Positions 43,616 to 51,866 of a stretch of 64,000 bases of DNA are shown here, piece after piece. The position numbers and the translations under genes were made by a program. Every line of letters begins with the position of its first letter. Position 1 is the first letter of the stretch. The DNA lies in contig JAADHK010000044.1 in NCBI GenBank assembly GCA_013151835.1, positions 11,447 through 75,446 on the forward strand. The letters run 5' to 3'. The notes beneath the pieces are model-generated. The model was not told the DNA's origin. It saw only the letters and a program-made list of their open reading frames with translations, and did not search any database. This DNA is from Deltaproteobacteria bacterium (lineage in GTDB: Bacteria; Desulfobacterota; Desulfobacteria; Desulfobacterales; Desulfosalsimonadaceae).

Positions 43616-43652
43616 AAAAAAAACTCCCACCAAGGGGTTGTCATGGCAGGAG
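43616..43652 (-). terminator. intrinsic terminator / attenuator hairpin in the region upstream of the Ehr-like operon
   Basis: On the minus strand: CUCCUGCCA, an 11-nt loop, UGGUGGGAG (9 bp including two G-U pairs), followed by eight U residues. It lies about 195 nt upstream of the operon start codon. Confidence 0.55.
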
Positions 43653-43815
43653 TCATTAGCAGTTATATGCAGTTATAGGTGAACTCCATCACCTTACATT
43701 TTATGTATTAAGCGAATTTATTTATCAAATTTTTAAATTTTGTCAAGCTTTTTTGGCTTTTGCAATAACCTAACCGGCAACGCTGAAGCTTTTTGGAAAA
43801 ATTTACTAAAAATTC

Positions 43816-43863
43816 TTGACACAAACTTTTATCGGGTCTACATATTAATAAGTGATAATATGT
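43816..43863 (+). promoter_or_regulatory. promoter candidate with an overlapping ArsR-type operator palindrome
   Basis: TTGACA (43816-43821), a 17-nt spacer, then TACATA. A perfect inverted repeat ACATATTA-N8-TAATATGT (43840-43863) overlaps the -10 element. Confidence 0.55.
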
Positions 43864-43926
43864 TCATACTTTCATGCGTTCGTCCCGCCGAAGGCGGGTT
43901 CGGCGTTTACAAAAAAGGAGAAAAGG

Positions 43927-44343
43927 ATGGAGCGGATATTGAATAAAAAGAACGAGGCATCTGTAAGTTCCGGCGAAGCCTGCTCAGTAAAAACAGTTCA
44001 TGAAGATGTTGTGGAATCGGTTAGGCAAAACATGCCGTCCCAGGTTTCGCGTTTTGAGCTTGCCGATTTTTTCAAGCTTTTTTCAGACAGCACCCGTATT
44101 TCAATCCTGTGCGCCTTGTCTGAATCCGAAATGTGCGTTTGTGATCTTTGTGCGCTTTTAAACATGAAGCAGTCAGCTATTTCGCACCAGTTACGGACTT
44201 TAAAGCAGGTTAGGATCGTGCGCAACAGGCGCGAAGGCAAGAGTGTTTATTACGCTCTTGATGATGATCATATTCGGGAGGTTATGAAAGTCGGCATGGC
44301 CCATGTAACGGAACCGCAAAAATTAAAGGGGGAGCCGGCATGA
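43927..44343 (+). CDS. ArsR/SmtB-family metal-responsive repressor (CadC/CzrA-like)
   Basis: Winged-helix region with the metal-site motif SEMCVCDLCALL. AAAGGAG RBS before the ATG at 43927; the ORF opens at 43852. Overlaps the ATPase start. Confidence 0.85.
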   Translation: MERILNKKNEASVSSGEACSVKTVHEDVVESVRQNMPSQVSRFELADFFKLFSDSTRISILCALSESEMCVCDLCALLNMKQSAISHQLRTLKQVRIVRNRREGKSVYYALDDDHIREVMKVGMAHVTEPQKLKGEPA

Positions 44344-46499
44344 CCATTCAATACCGTATCGAAAATCTTGACTGCCCCTCGTGCGCAGCAAAAATAGAAA
44401 ACGCCGTAAATCGGATTCCAGGGGTAGAAACTGCTTCAATCGATTTTATTTCAAGAGTGATTCATATCAGGGCATCTGACAATGCGGCCTCTCTTAAAAC
44501 AGTGCAGAACGCCATCGGGGCGGTAGATTCCGTGGTGTCGGTCATTGACGAAGGCGGGAAGGTTTTGTCCCGTGACAACGGGGATGAAAAAAGAGGCGGT
44601 GCCGTACGCGAATTTCAGGTCATGGGTCTTGCAATGATCCTCTTTGGTTTTGTCCTGTTTGTAGAATATTATGCAAAGGAGCCCATGATTTTAAACGCCG
44701 GGCTGGCTGTGGGAATAATTGCCTGGCTTCTTTCCGGGGCAGGCGTGATAAAAAAAGCGGTGGGCACGCTTTTTCGCGGCCGTTTTTTTGATGAAAACGT
44801 ACTTATGATGATTGCAACCCTGGGCGCTTTTTACATAGGGGCCGTATCAGAGGCCGTGGGCGTCATGATTTTTTACAGAACAGGCGAACTGCTCCAGAAC
44901 CTTGCGGTGGGCCGTTCTAAAAAAGCCATAACTTCGCTTCTGGCCACAAGACCCGATACGGCTAATATCTGCGAGGGCAACGGCACAAAACAGGTCCCGG
45001 CCCGGGAGTTAAAACCCGGAGACATGATCATGGTAAGGCCGGGTGAAAGGGTGCCTGCTGACGGACAAGTGGTGTCCGGCCAGTCTTTTCTTGACACAGC
45101 AGCCCTTACCGGTGAACCGGTGCCGAAAAATGTCCATGAGGGCGAATCGGTTCTTGCCGGCATGATCAACAGGGACGGGTTGTTGACAGTGAGCGTGACC
45201 CGGCCGTTTTCCGAATCCACAATCTCGAAAATGATTGCCCTGGTTGAAAGTTCCGGGGCGAAAAAGGCAAAAACAGAACGTTTCATCACAACCTTTGCCG
45301 GGTATTACACGCCGGTCGTGGTGCTTGGTGCAGCGGCAATCGCGATTGTGCCGCCGCTTTTTGTTCCCGGCGCTCTTTTTTCCGACTGGCTGTACCGTGC
45401 CCTCGTCCTGCTTGTGATTTCCTGTCCCTGTGCTTTGATGATAAGCATTCCCCTGGGATATTTCGGCGGAATAGGGCGCGCATCCAAGATGGGGATACTC
45501 GTAAAAGGGGCGGAATTCATTGATACGCTATCAAATCTTAAAACCGTGGTCTTTGATAAGACAGGGACCCTTACGCTCGGCGTGTTCACGGTTAAGAATA
45601 TTATGGCCTCAAACGGATTTTCAAAAAACGACGTGCTTAAATACGCAGCGGCAGCAGAGCGGCATTCCAATCATCCGATTGCGAAATCGATCATAGCGGC
45701 TGCGGTTGACCGTGGATTTACGATTGATTCAGGGCAGGTCGGAAACGTCGATGACTACGAAGAACTTCCCGGAAAAGGTGTTCGAACGTTTGTTGATGGT
45801 CAAAGGGTCATTGCCGGTACCCGGAAATTTCTTGAATCCCAAGGTATTGATGTCGCACATTTTTCTGAAAAGGATGGCACCATGGTTTTTGTAGCCGTGG
45901 ACGAAAAATGTGCCGGGGCTGTTGTCATAGGAGATGAGATTCACCCCAAGGCGCAAACCGCTGTCCTGCGCCTGCGAAAAATGGGAGTTGAAACCATAAT
46001 GATGCTCACCGGAGACAACCAGAGCGCAGCCAAAAGCGTAGCTGAGCGCCTCGGGCTTGACGGGTATTTGGCGGGCCTCCTCCCTGATCAAAAGGTAGAG
46101 GCGTTTGAGCGGATCATGGAAAACGCAAAAAGTTCCGGACGTCAAACCGGGCGCACCGCCTTTGTGGGCGACGGCGTAAACGATGCGCCGGTAATCGCCC
46201 GGGCCGATGTGGGCGCGGCCATGGGCGCGCTTGGTTCCGATGCGGCAATAGAATCGGCCGATGTCGTTTTGATGTCAGATTCCCCGGAGCGCATGGCCGA
46301 CGCCGTGGCCATGTCAAAACATACCCGCGTTATTGTGTGGGAAAATATCATATTTGCGCTGGTGGTAAAAGTGGCTTTTATCAGCCTCGGTGTTTTCGGG
46401 ATGGCAACCATGTGGATGGCTGTGTTCGCGGATGTAGGGACGGCCCTGCTTGCGGTGGTAAATTCCATGCGCGTGATGGGCGGGGTTCCCGATGCATGA
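44340..46499 (+). CDS. heavy-metal (Cd/Zn/Co-type) translocating P1B-type ATPase
   Basis: N-terminal HMA domain CPSCAAK, TM6 SCPCALMIS, phosphorylation site FDKTGTLT, hinge GDGVNDAP. Confidence 0.92.
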   Translation: MTIQYRIENLDCPSCAAKIENAVNRIPGVETASIDFISRVIHIRASDNAASLKTVQNAIGAVDSVVSVIDEGGKVLSRDNGDEKRGGAVREFQVMGLAMILFGFVLFVEYYAKEPMILNAGLAVGIIAWLLSGAGVIKKAVGTLFRGRFFDENVLMMIATLGAFYIGAVSEAVGVMIFYRTGELLQNLAVGRSKKAITSLLATRPDTANICEGNGTKQVPARELKPGDMIMVRPGERVPADGQVVSGQSFLDTAALTGEPVPKNVHEGESVLAGMINRDGLLTVSVTRPFSESTISKMIALVESSGAKKAKTERFITTFAGYYTPVVVLGAAAIAIVPPLFVPGALFSDWLYRALVLLVISCPCALMISIPLGYFGGIGRASKMGILVKGAEFIDTLSNLKTVVFDKTGTLTLGVFTVKNIMASNGFSKNDVLKYAAAAERHSNHPIAKSIIAAAVDRGFTIDSGQVGNVDDYEELPGKGVRTFVDGQRVIAGTRKFLESQGIDVAHFSEKDGTMVFVAVDEKCAGAVVIGDEIHPKAQTAVLRLRKMGVETIMMLTGDNQSAAKSVAERLGLDGYLAGLLPDQKVEAFERIMENAKSSGRQTGRTAFVGDGVNDAPVIARADVGAAMGALGSDAAIESADVVLMSDSPERMADAVAMSKHTRVIVWENIIFALVVKVAFISLGVFGMATMWMAVFADVGTALLAVVNSMRVMGGVPDA

Positions 46500-46502
46500 T
46501 TT

Positions 46503-46653
46503 GTAGGGGCGGCCCCCTGTGGCCGTCCTTTTTGCCGCACAAACGGTACAGGCAGAATGTCATATTCAAAATTCGACGTTGGATGTTCGACGTTCATGGT
46601 AAATTCGGGCAGGCACGGGGGCAAAAAGGGCAGGCACGGGGGCCTGCCCCTAC
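46503..46653. repeat. REP/REPIN-like inverted doublet C1
   Basis: The left unit is GTAG-GGGCGGCC-CCCTGT-GGCCGTCC (46503-46528). The right unit is GGGCAGGC-ACGGGG-GCCTGCCC-CTAC (46628-46653), preceded by a partial duplicate at 46607-46621. The interior carries the heptamer module at 46572-46594. Confidence 0.75.
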
Positions 46654-47450
46654 GGGTGACCGGTTTGAGCCTTGTATGCCCGGGTCTGCTCGGCAATCAA
46701 AGCCGGCAAATCCGGGTTTTTTATGTTTGTTTCGATTGTTCGTTCAAAGGCGCTTCCGATAACAACCCCATCGGCCATTTTTGACATCCGCGCCACGTCA
46801 TCCGGCGTTGAAATCCCGAAGCCCACGCAAATTGGAAGCGTTGTAACGGATTTGAGCATGTCCGTATGAACCCGGATATCGGTTGTATCGAGCCCGTCGC
46901 TTCCCGTGACACCGGTCTTTGAAACAAGGTAAATAAATCCTGACGCATTTTCGGCAATATTTTTCATCCTTTGTTTCGGCGTGGTCGGAGCCACCAGGCG
47001 GATAAGCGAAAAATCCGTATCATCAAATATGTCCGTTAATTCATCTGATTCCTCGGGCGGAAGATCGACTACCAGAACTCCGTCCGCGCCAACGGCAACG
47101 GCGTCTTTGTAAAACCTGCGGTTCCCATACGCGAGTATCGGGTTGTAATAGGAAAATACAATCACCGGGATTTCATGTTTTTTACGCAGCCCGGCGATCA
47201 TTTCAAGCACGCCCGCAAGGGTCATGCCCTGCCTGATCGCACGAGAAGATGATCTTTGGATTACGGGTCCGTCTGCCGTGGGGTCCGAAAACGGAACGCC
47301 GAGTTCAAGGATATCGATCCCGCCTTCGCACATGGCAGTGATGATTTTTTCGGAAGTCCCGCGGTCGGGATCACCTGCTGTGACAAAACCCACAAGCGCG
47401 GTTTCCCCTTTTTCATTCAGTTTTTTAAATGTATTTTCTATCCGGCCCAT
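46650..47450 (-). CDS. trpA: tryptophan synthase alpha chain
   Basis: Typical TrpA pattern (LELGVPFSDPTADGPVIQ) and position after trpB. Confidence 0.93.
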   Translation of the reverse strand: MGRIENTFKKLNEKGETALVGFVTAGDPDRGTSEKIITAMCEGGIDILELGVPFSDPTADGPVIQRSSSRAIRQGMTLAGVLEMIAGLRKKHEIPVIVFSYYNPILAYGNRRFYKDAVAVGADGVLVVDLPPEESDELTDIFDDTDFSLIRLVAPTTPKQRMKNIAENASGFIYLVSKTGVTGSDGLDTTDIRVHTDMLKSVTTLPICVGFGISTPDDVARMSKMADGVVIGSAFERTIETNIKNPDLPALIAEQTRAYKAQTGHP

Positions 47451-47461
47451 TATTTTTCCTT

Positions 47462-48673
47462 TTATTTTAAGGTTGCAGGAAAGGATGTGACTATCCCAAG
47501 GTCTTTGTCCCCCCGGCCGGACAGATTGACCACTATGATTTCGTTTTCCGGCCGTTTTTCAGCCTCCTTCATTGCAGCGGCAAGGGCGTGGGAGCTTTCA
47601 AGGGCCGGGATTATCCCTTCGGTGCGGCACAAGACGTGGAATGCGTTTAATGCTTCGGCGTCAGTGATGGCAGTGTAGGAGATTCGGCCGAGGTCTTTTA
47701 AAAGAGAGTGTTCCGGTCCCACGCCCGGGTAATCGAGACCTGCCGAGATGGAATGGGCCTCTTTTATCTGGCCGTTTTCATCCTGAAGGAGATACGATTT
47801 AGAGCCGTGAAGCACGCCCACGCTCCCTGCGCAAAGGGTTGCCGCGTGTTTTTTTGTTTCGATTCCCATGCCTGCCGCTTCAACGCCAAGAATTTCGCAA
47901 TCGTCTTGCAAAAAGGGGTAAAAAAGACCCATGGCGTTGCTTCCTCCGCCTACACAGGCGACCAGAAGATCAGGCAGGCGGCCTGCTTGTTTGATAACCT
48001 GATCCCGGGTTTCTTCTCCTATAATTTTCTGGAAATCACGTACCATGGCCGGGTAGGGGTGGGGGCCCGCAACCGACCCTATGACGTAAAAGGTGTCATT
48101 TACAGCCGACACCCAGAAGCGCAATGCCTCGTTCATGGCGTCTTTCAGGGTTCCGGTGCCTGTGGATACCGGGATTACCTCGGCCCCGAGCAATTCCATC
48201 CGTTTCACGTTGGGCGCCTGGCGCACGATATCCTCGGTCCCCATGAATATCCTGCATTCCATGCCGAAAAACGCAGCCGCAGTGGCTGTGGCAACCCCGT
48301 GCTGGCCGGCCCCGGTTTCCGCGATCACCTTTTTTTTGCCCATGAACCGGGCTAAAAGGGCCTGGCCGAGAGTATTGTTGAGCTTGTGAGCACCCGAGTG
48401 GAGCAGGTCTTCACGTTTCAACCAGATGGCCGCGCCTCCAATCTTCCGGGTAAGTCTCTGTGCAAAATAGAGCGGCGTGGGTCTTCCTGCGTAATCTGCA
48501 AGCATGGCCGAAAGCTCTTTTTGAAATTTCGGCATAATCGAAAATTTCTTGTAGGCGTCTTCGAGCTCGAGTACTGCGGGCATGAGCGTTTCTGCGATAT
48601 AACGTCCGCCATAAGGGCCGAAATGTCCTTTTTCATCCGGCATTGGACCTGATTTGCGATTTTCCGGGTTCAT
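47462..48673 (-). CDS. trpB: tryptophan synthase beta chain
   Basis: PLP-lysine context HSGAHKLNN and GGGSNAMG. Confidence 0.95.
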   Translation of the reverse strand: MNPENRKSGPMPDEKGHFGPYGGRYIAETLMPAVLELEDAYKKFSIMPKFQKELSAMLADYAGRPTPLYFAQRLTRKIGGAAIWLKREDLLHSGAHKLNNTLGQALLARFMGKKKVIAETGAGQHGVATATAAAFFGMECRIFMGTEDIVRQAPNVKRMELLGAEVIPVSTGTGTLKDAMNEALRFWVSAVNDTFYVIGSVAGPHPYPAMVRDFQKIIGEETRDQVIKQAGRLPDLLVACVGGGSNAMGLFYPFLQDDCEILGVEAAGMGIETKKHAATLCAGSVGVLHGSKSYLLQDENGQIKEAHSISAGLDYPGVGPEHSLLKDLGRISYTAITDAEALNAFHVLCRTEGIIPALESSHALAAAMKEAEKRPENEIIVVNLSGRGDKDLGIVTSFPATLK

Positions 48674-49354
48674 CTAAAAAATCCTCCTGCATCCGTTATC
48701 TATTTTCGTCCTGTGTACGAGATGAATAAGTTTGGAAACGCGGCTAAGGTTCTTTTTGCCCGCCATTTCTTCTACGCCTGAACTTACATCAATCGCGCCC
48801 GGGCTGGTTTTTTGCATCGCCTCGACTACATTTTCAGGTTTGATTCCGCCGGCAAGGACCAGCGGATACTTTTCGGAAAAGGCACGGGCGGTCTCCCAGT
48901 TCCACGAAAGGGCGTTGCCGCCCGGAAGTCTTCCCCCCGCGCATTCCAGCAGATATGCGGAGGCCCCGTAACGGTGGGCCTTGTTCATATTCGGCTCGGC
49001 GTTGATATAAAGCGATTTAATCACCTTGATGCCGTTTTTTACCAGTCGTTTCACAAGGGCGGGCGTCTCTTTTCCGTGAAGCTGGACCCCGGAAAGGCCG
49101 CATTCATTGATGGCGCTTATAATTGTGTTATAGGAAGCGTCCACGAAAACGCCGATCTTCGCGACGCTGTCCCCCACGGCATCACAGATGGCGGATGCCT
49201 GCTCCCGGGTGACATTTCGGGGGCTTTCTTCAAAAAATACGAGTCCGATGGCGTCAACTCCAAGCCGGGCGCACAAAAGCGCCTGCTTCGGGATCGTGAG
49301 ACCGCAAACCTTCACCTGCGGACAGGTTTGTCGGATAATAGTTTTCTTTGTCAT
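48674..49354 (-). CDS. trpF: phosphoribosylanthranilate isomerase
   Basis: VKVCGLT N-terminal motif, ~226 aa, located between trpC and trpB. Confidence 0.9.
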   Translation of the reverse strand: MTKKTIIRQTCPQVKVCGLTIPKQALLCARLGVDAIGLVFFEESPRNVTREQASAICDAVGDSVAKIGVFVDASYNTIISAINECGLSGVQLHGKETPALVKRLVKNGIKVIKSLYINAEPNMNKAHRYGASAYLLECAGGRLPGGNALSWNWETARAFSEKYPLVLAGGIKPENVVEAMQKTSPGAIDVSSGVEEMAGKKNLSRVSKLIHLVHRTKIDNGCRRIF

Positions 49355-49368
49355 GGGCTGTTCTCCAA

Positions 49369-50157
49369 TTATATCGTTGTCAAGTGTCGCAGCATTGCCG
49401 CAGGATCTTCACTTCTTACCAATGCCTCGCCGATAAGGAAATTGTTGATTCCGTTTTTCATATTATCCGTGATATCGGTCTTAAATCGGATGCCGCTTGC
49501 GCATACAACAATACGGCCTTCCGAAAGCCTGGCCGTGAGCTTTCGGGCATGGTTTACATCCGTTTCAAATGTGTTCAGATTTCGATTGTTGATCCCTATG
49601 ATACCGGCATCGGTTTTACAGGCCTTTTCCATGTCTTCTTCTGTGTAGACCTCCACCAGTGCATCCATGCCGAGCTTTCGGGCAAGGCGAAGCAGGGATT
49701 TTAATTTGGAAAGCGTCAGGATGCACGTGATCAGCAGCACGGCATCCGCACCGATTGCAGCCGACTCATAAATCTGGTATTCTGATATGATAAAATCCTT
49801 TCGAAGCACCGGAAGGGCGGTCGCAAGCCTGGCTTGGGTAAGGTCGAAGAGATTGCCGGAAAAAAAACGGGTGTCCGTAAGCACGGAAAGGGCCATGGCT
49901 CCTCCCCGTTCGTATGCAACGGCCTGTTTCGCGGCATCGAGGTCTGGGGCAATTGATCCCGCTGATGGTGATGCCCGCTTTATTTCGGCTATAATATTGA
50001 TCCTGTTGGCGCTATTTTTGAGGCTTTGACCGAGAGGGCGGAAATCCCTGCGTTTCTCGGCCTCCTGTCGCATTTTTTTTTCGGGTATGTGCTTTTTTGA
50101 ATTTTTTATAACCTGTTTTTTATGAACAACAATTTTATCCAGGATATTTTGTTTCAT
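49369..50157 (-). CDS. trpC: indole-3-glycerol-phosphate synthase
   Basis: EIKRASPSAG and LSVLTD motifs. Confidence 0.93.
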   Translation of the reverse strand: MKQNILDKIVVHKKQVIKNSKKHIPEKKMRQEAEKRRDFRPLGQSLKNSANRINIIAEIKRASPSAGSIAPDLDAAKQAVAYERGGAMALSVLTDTRFFSGNLFDLTQARLATALPVLRKDFIISEYQIYESAAIGADAVLLITCILTLSKLKSLLRLARKLGMDALVEVYTEEDMEKACKTDAGIIGINNRNLNTFETDVNHARKLTARLSEGRIVVCASGIRFKTDITDNMKNGINNFLIGEALVRSEDPAAMLRHLTTI

Positions 50158-51173
50158 TATCCGTTCTCCTGTGTAAAACGGATCAGGGCATCGAGTTTTT
50201 CCGCAGCCGTTCCGGAATCGATCGCCTCGGCGGCAAGTTCGATCCCGGAGCCCATGTCATCGACTTTTTGGGCCACCTTGAGCGCTCCGGCTGCATTGAT
50301 TAAAACTATGTCCCGACAGGGGCCTTTATCGCCATTAAGGATACTTTTTGTTATAAGGGCGTTTTCCTGGGCGCTTCCGCCCCGGATATCATCGGGAAAA
50401 GCACATTTCCCGAAAAATCGTTCTGGCGTGATATCATAGGTTAAAATCTTTTGCCCATCATATTCGCAGACCCGTGTGGGCGCGCAAACAGATATTTCAT
50501 CAAGCCCGTCATGGCCGTGGACCACCATAGCCCGTTTTGCACCAAGAAGTTTAAGGGCATTGGCGAACATTTCGGTTAAATGCGGCGCATAAACCCCAAC
50601 GAGCTGGCAGTTTGCCGCAGCCGGGTTGGTGAGCGGGCCGAGCATGTTGAAGATGCTCCGAAGGCCGATTTCCCGCCTGGCGGAGGCGGCATGGCGCATG
50701 GCGGAGTGGTAAAGAGGCGCAAACAAAAAACCGATCCCGATATCGGATATGGCTTCTTCAACGACCTCCGGGTCAACGTCGAGCTTGACGCCGAGTGTTT
50801 CAAGCACATCGGCGCTTCCGCACTTGCTCGATATCGACCGGTTACCGTGCTTGGCAACGGTAACCCCGCAACCCGCCACAACAAATGCAGTGGTTGTTGA
50901 AATGTTGAAAGTCGAGGAAGCATCCCCGCCAGTGCCGCATGTATCAACGATCTGCGTGGACGAGACCTCGATTTTTTGCGCCATTTTTCGCATGGCGCGG
51001 GCCGCACCCGCAAGCTCGGAAAATGTCTCACCCTTGGTGGCAAGGGCTGCCATGAAGGCGCCGATCTGGGAGTCCGCAAGATTTCCCGAAAAAATCAGCC
51101 CCATCATTTCGGCCATTTCGGATTCCGTGAGATCATTTCGTTCGTAAATTTGTGACAGGTGTTTTTGAAACAT
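50157..51173 (-). CDS. trpD: anthranilate phosphoribosyltransferase
   Basis: DTCGTGGD and GNRS motifs. GGAGGG RBS before the ATG at 51173. The ORF-track extension to 51281 runs through the REP-like element and is rejected. Confidence 0.9.
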   Translation of the reverse strand: MFQKHLSQIYERNDLTESEMAEMMGLIFSGNLADSQIGAFMAALATKGETFSELAGAARAMRKMAQKIEVSSTQIVDTCGTGGDASSTFNISTTTAFVVAGCGVTVAKHGNRSISSKCGSADVLETLGVKLDVDPEVVEEAISDIGIGFLFAPLYHSAMRHAASARREIGLRSIFNMLGPLTNPAAANCQLVGVYAPHLTEMFANALKLLGAKRAMVVHGHDGLDEISVCAPTRVCEYDGQKILTYDITPERFFGKCAFPDDIRGGSAQENALITKSILNGDKGPCRDIVLINAAGALKVAQKVDDMGSGIELAAEAIDSGTAAEKLDALIRFTQENG

Positions 51174-51204
51174 AAAGTTCCCTCCTTTCCTGCGTTTCAT
51201 TTTC

Positions 51205-51297
51205 GTAGGGGCGGCCCCCCGTGGCCGCCTGATTTCCGAGGGTGTATCAGCCTTATGAAAAATTTCAGAGAGGGCAGGCACAGGGGCCTGCCCCTAC
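51205..51297. repeat. REP/REPIN-like inverted doublet C2 (intercistronic, trpG-trpD)
   Basis: GTAG-GGGCGGCC-CCCCGT-GGCCGCC (51205-51229) and GGGCAGGC-ACAGGG-GCCTGCCC-CTAC (51272-51297). Confidence 0.8.
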
Positions 51298-51866
51298 ATT
51301 CCGGCCTGTTTGCAGAAATTTCTCAATATCCTCTTTCCCGTGGGCGTCATGATAGATTCGGGATGAAATTGAATCCCTTCGGTCAGGTGCTTTTTGTGGC
51401 GGATGCCCATGATTTCGCCGTCATCGGACTCGGCCGATATTTCCAGGCAATCGGGCAAAGACTCGCGTGATACGGCGAGAGAATGGTATCTCATGGCGGA
51501 AAGGGGATTTTTTATACGTGCAAATATTGTTTTGCCATCTGTCGTTATTTCCGATGTCTTTCCGTGCATGATTTTTTTTGCGGAAACGATTTTTGCCCCG
51601 AATGCCTCGGCAATTGCCTGGTGACCAAGACATACGCCCAGGATGGGGATTTTTCCGGAATATTTACGGATAACCTCGAGGCTGCGTCCCGCAGATTCGG
51701 GTTTCCCCGGGCCGGGTGATATCAAAATGGCCCGCACGCCGTCGCCGCCGGGCTCATCGATTGCAAAGTCATCGTTTCTCTTTACGCTTACATGTTTCCC
51801 GAGGCCGAGAAGATATTGTACAAGGTTGTAGGTAAAGGAATCGTAGTTGTCGATTACAAATATCAT
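51294..51866 (-). CDS. trpG: anthranilate synthase component II (glutamine amidotransferase)
   Basis: Class-I GATase motifs (GVCLGHQ, HPES). The TAG stop lies within the CTAC end of the REP-like element. Confidence 0.93.
   Translation of the reverse strand: MIFVIDNYDSFTYNLVQYLLGLGKHVSVKRNDDFAIDEPGGDGVRAILISPGPGKPESAGRSLEVIRKYSGKIPILGVCLGHQAIAEAFGAKIVSAKKIMHGKTSEITTDGKTIFARIKNPLSAMRYHSLAVSRESLPDCLEISAESDDGEIMGIRHKKHLTEGIQFHPESIMTPTGKRILRNFCKQAGM

Noticed and set aside
43442-43633. 63-aa minus-strand ORF between the terminator hairpin and the Ehr-like operon.
   Set aside because: It starts inside the terminator loop, lacks an RBS and has an unremarkable composition. Treated as non-coding leader.
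51174-51281. N-terminal 36-aa extension of trpD in the ORF track (start at 51281).
   Set aside because: The extension is a translation of the REP-like doublet (…RRPRGAAPT…). A GGAGGG RBS precedes the internal ATG at 51173, which gives a normal-length TrpD.
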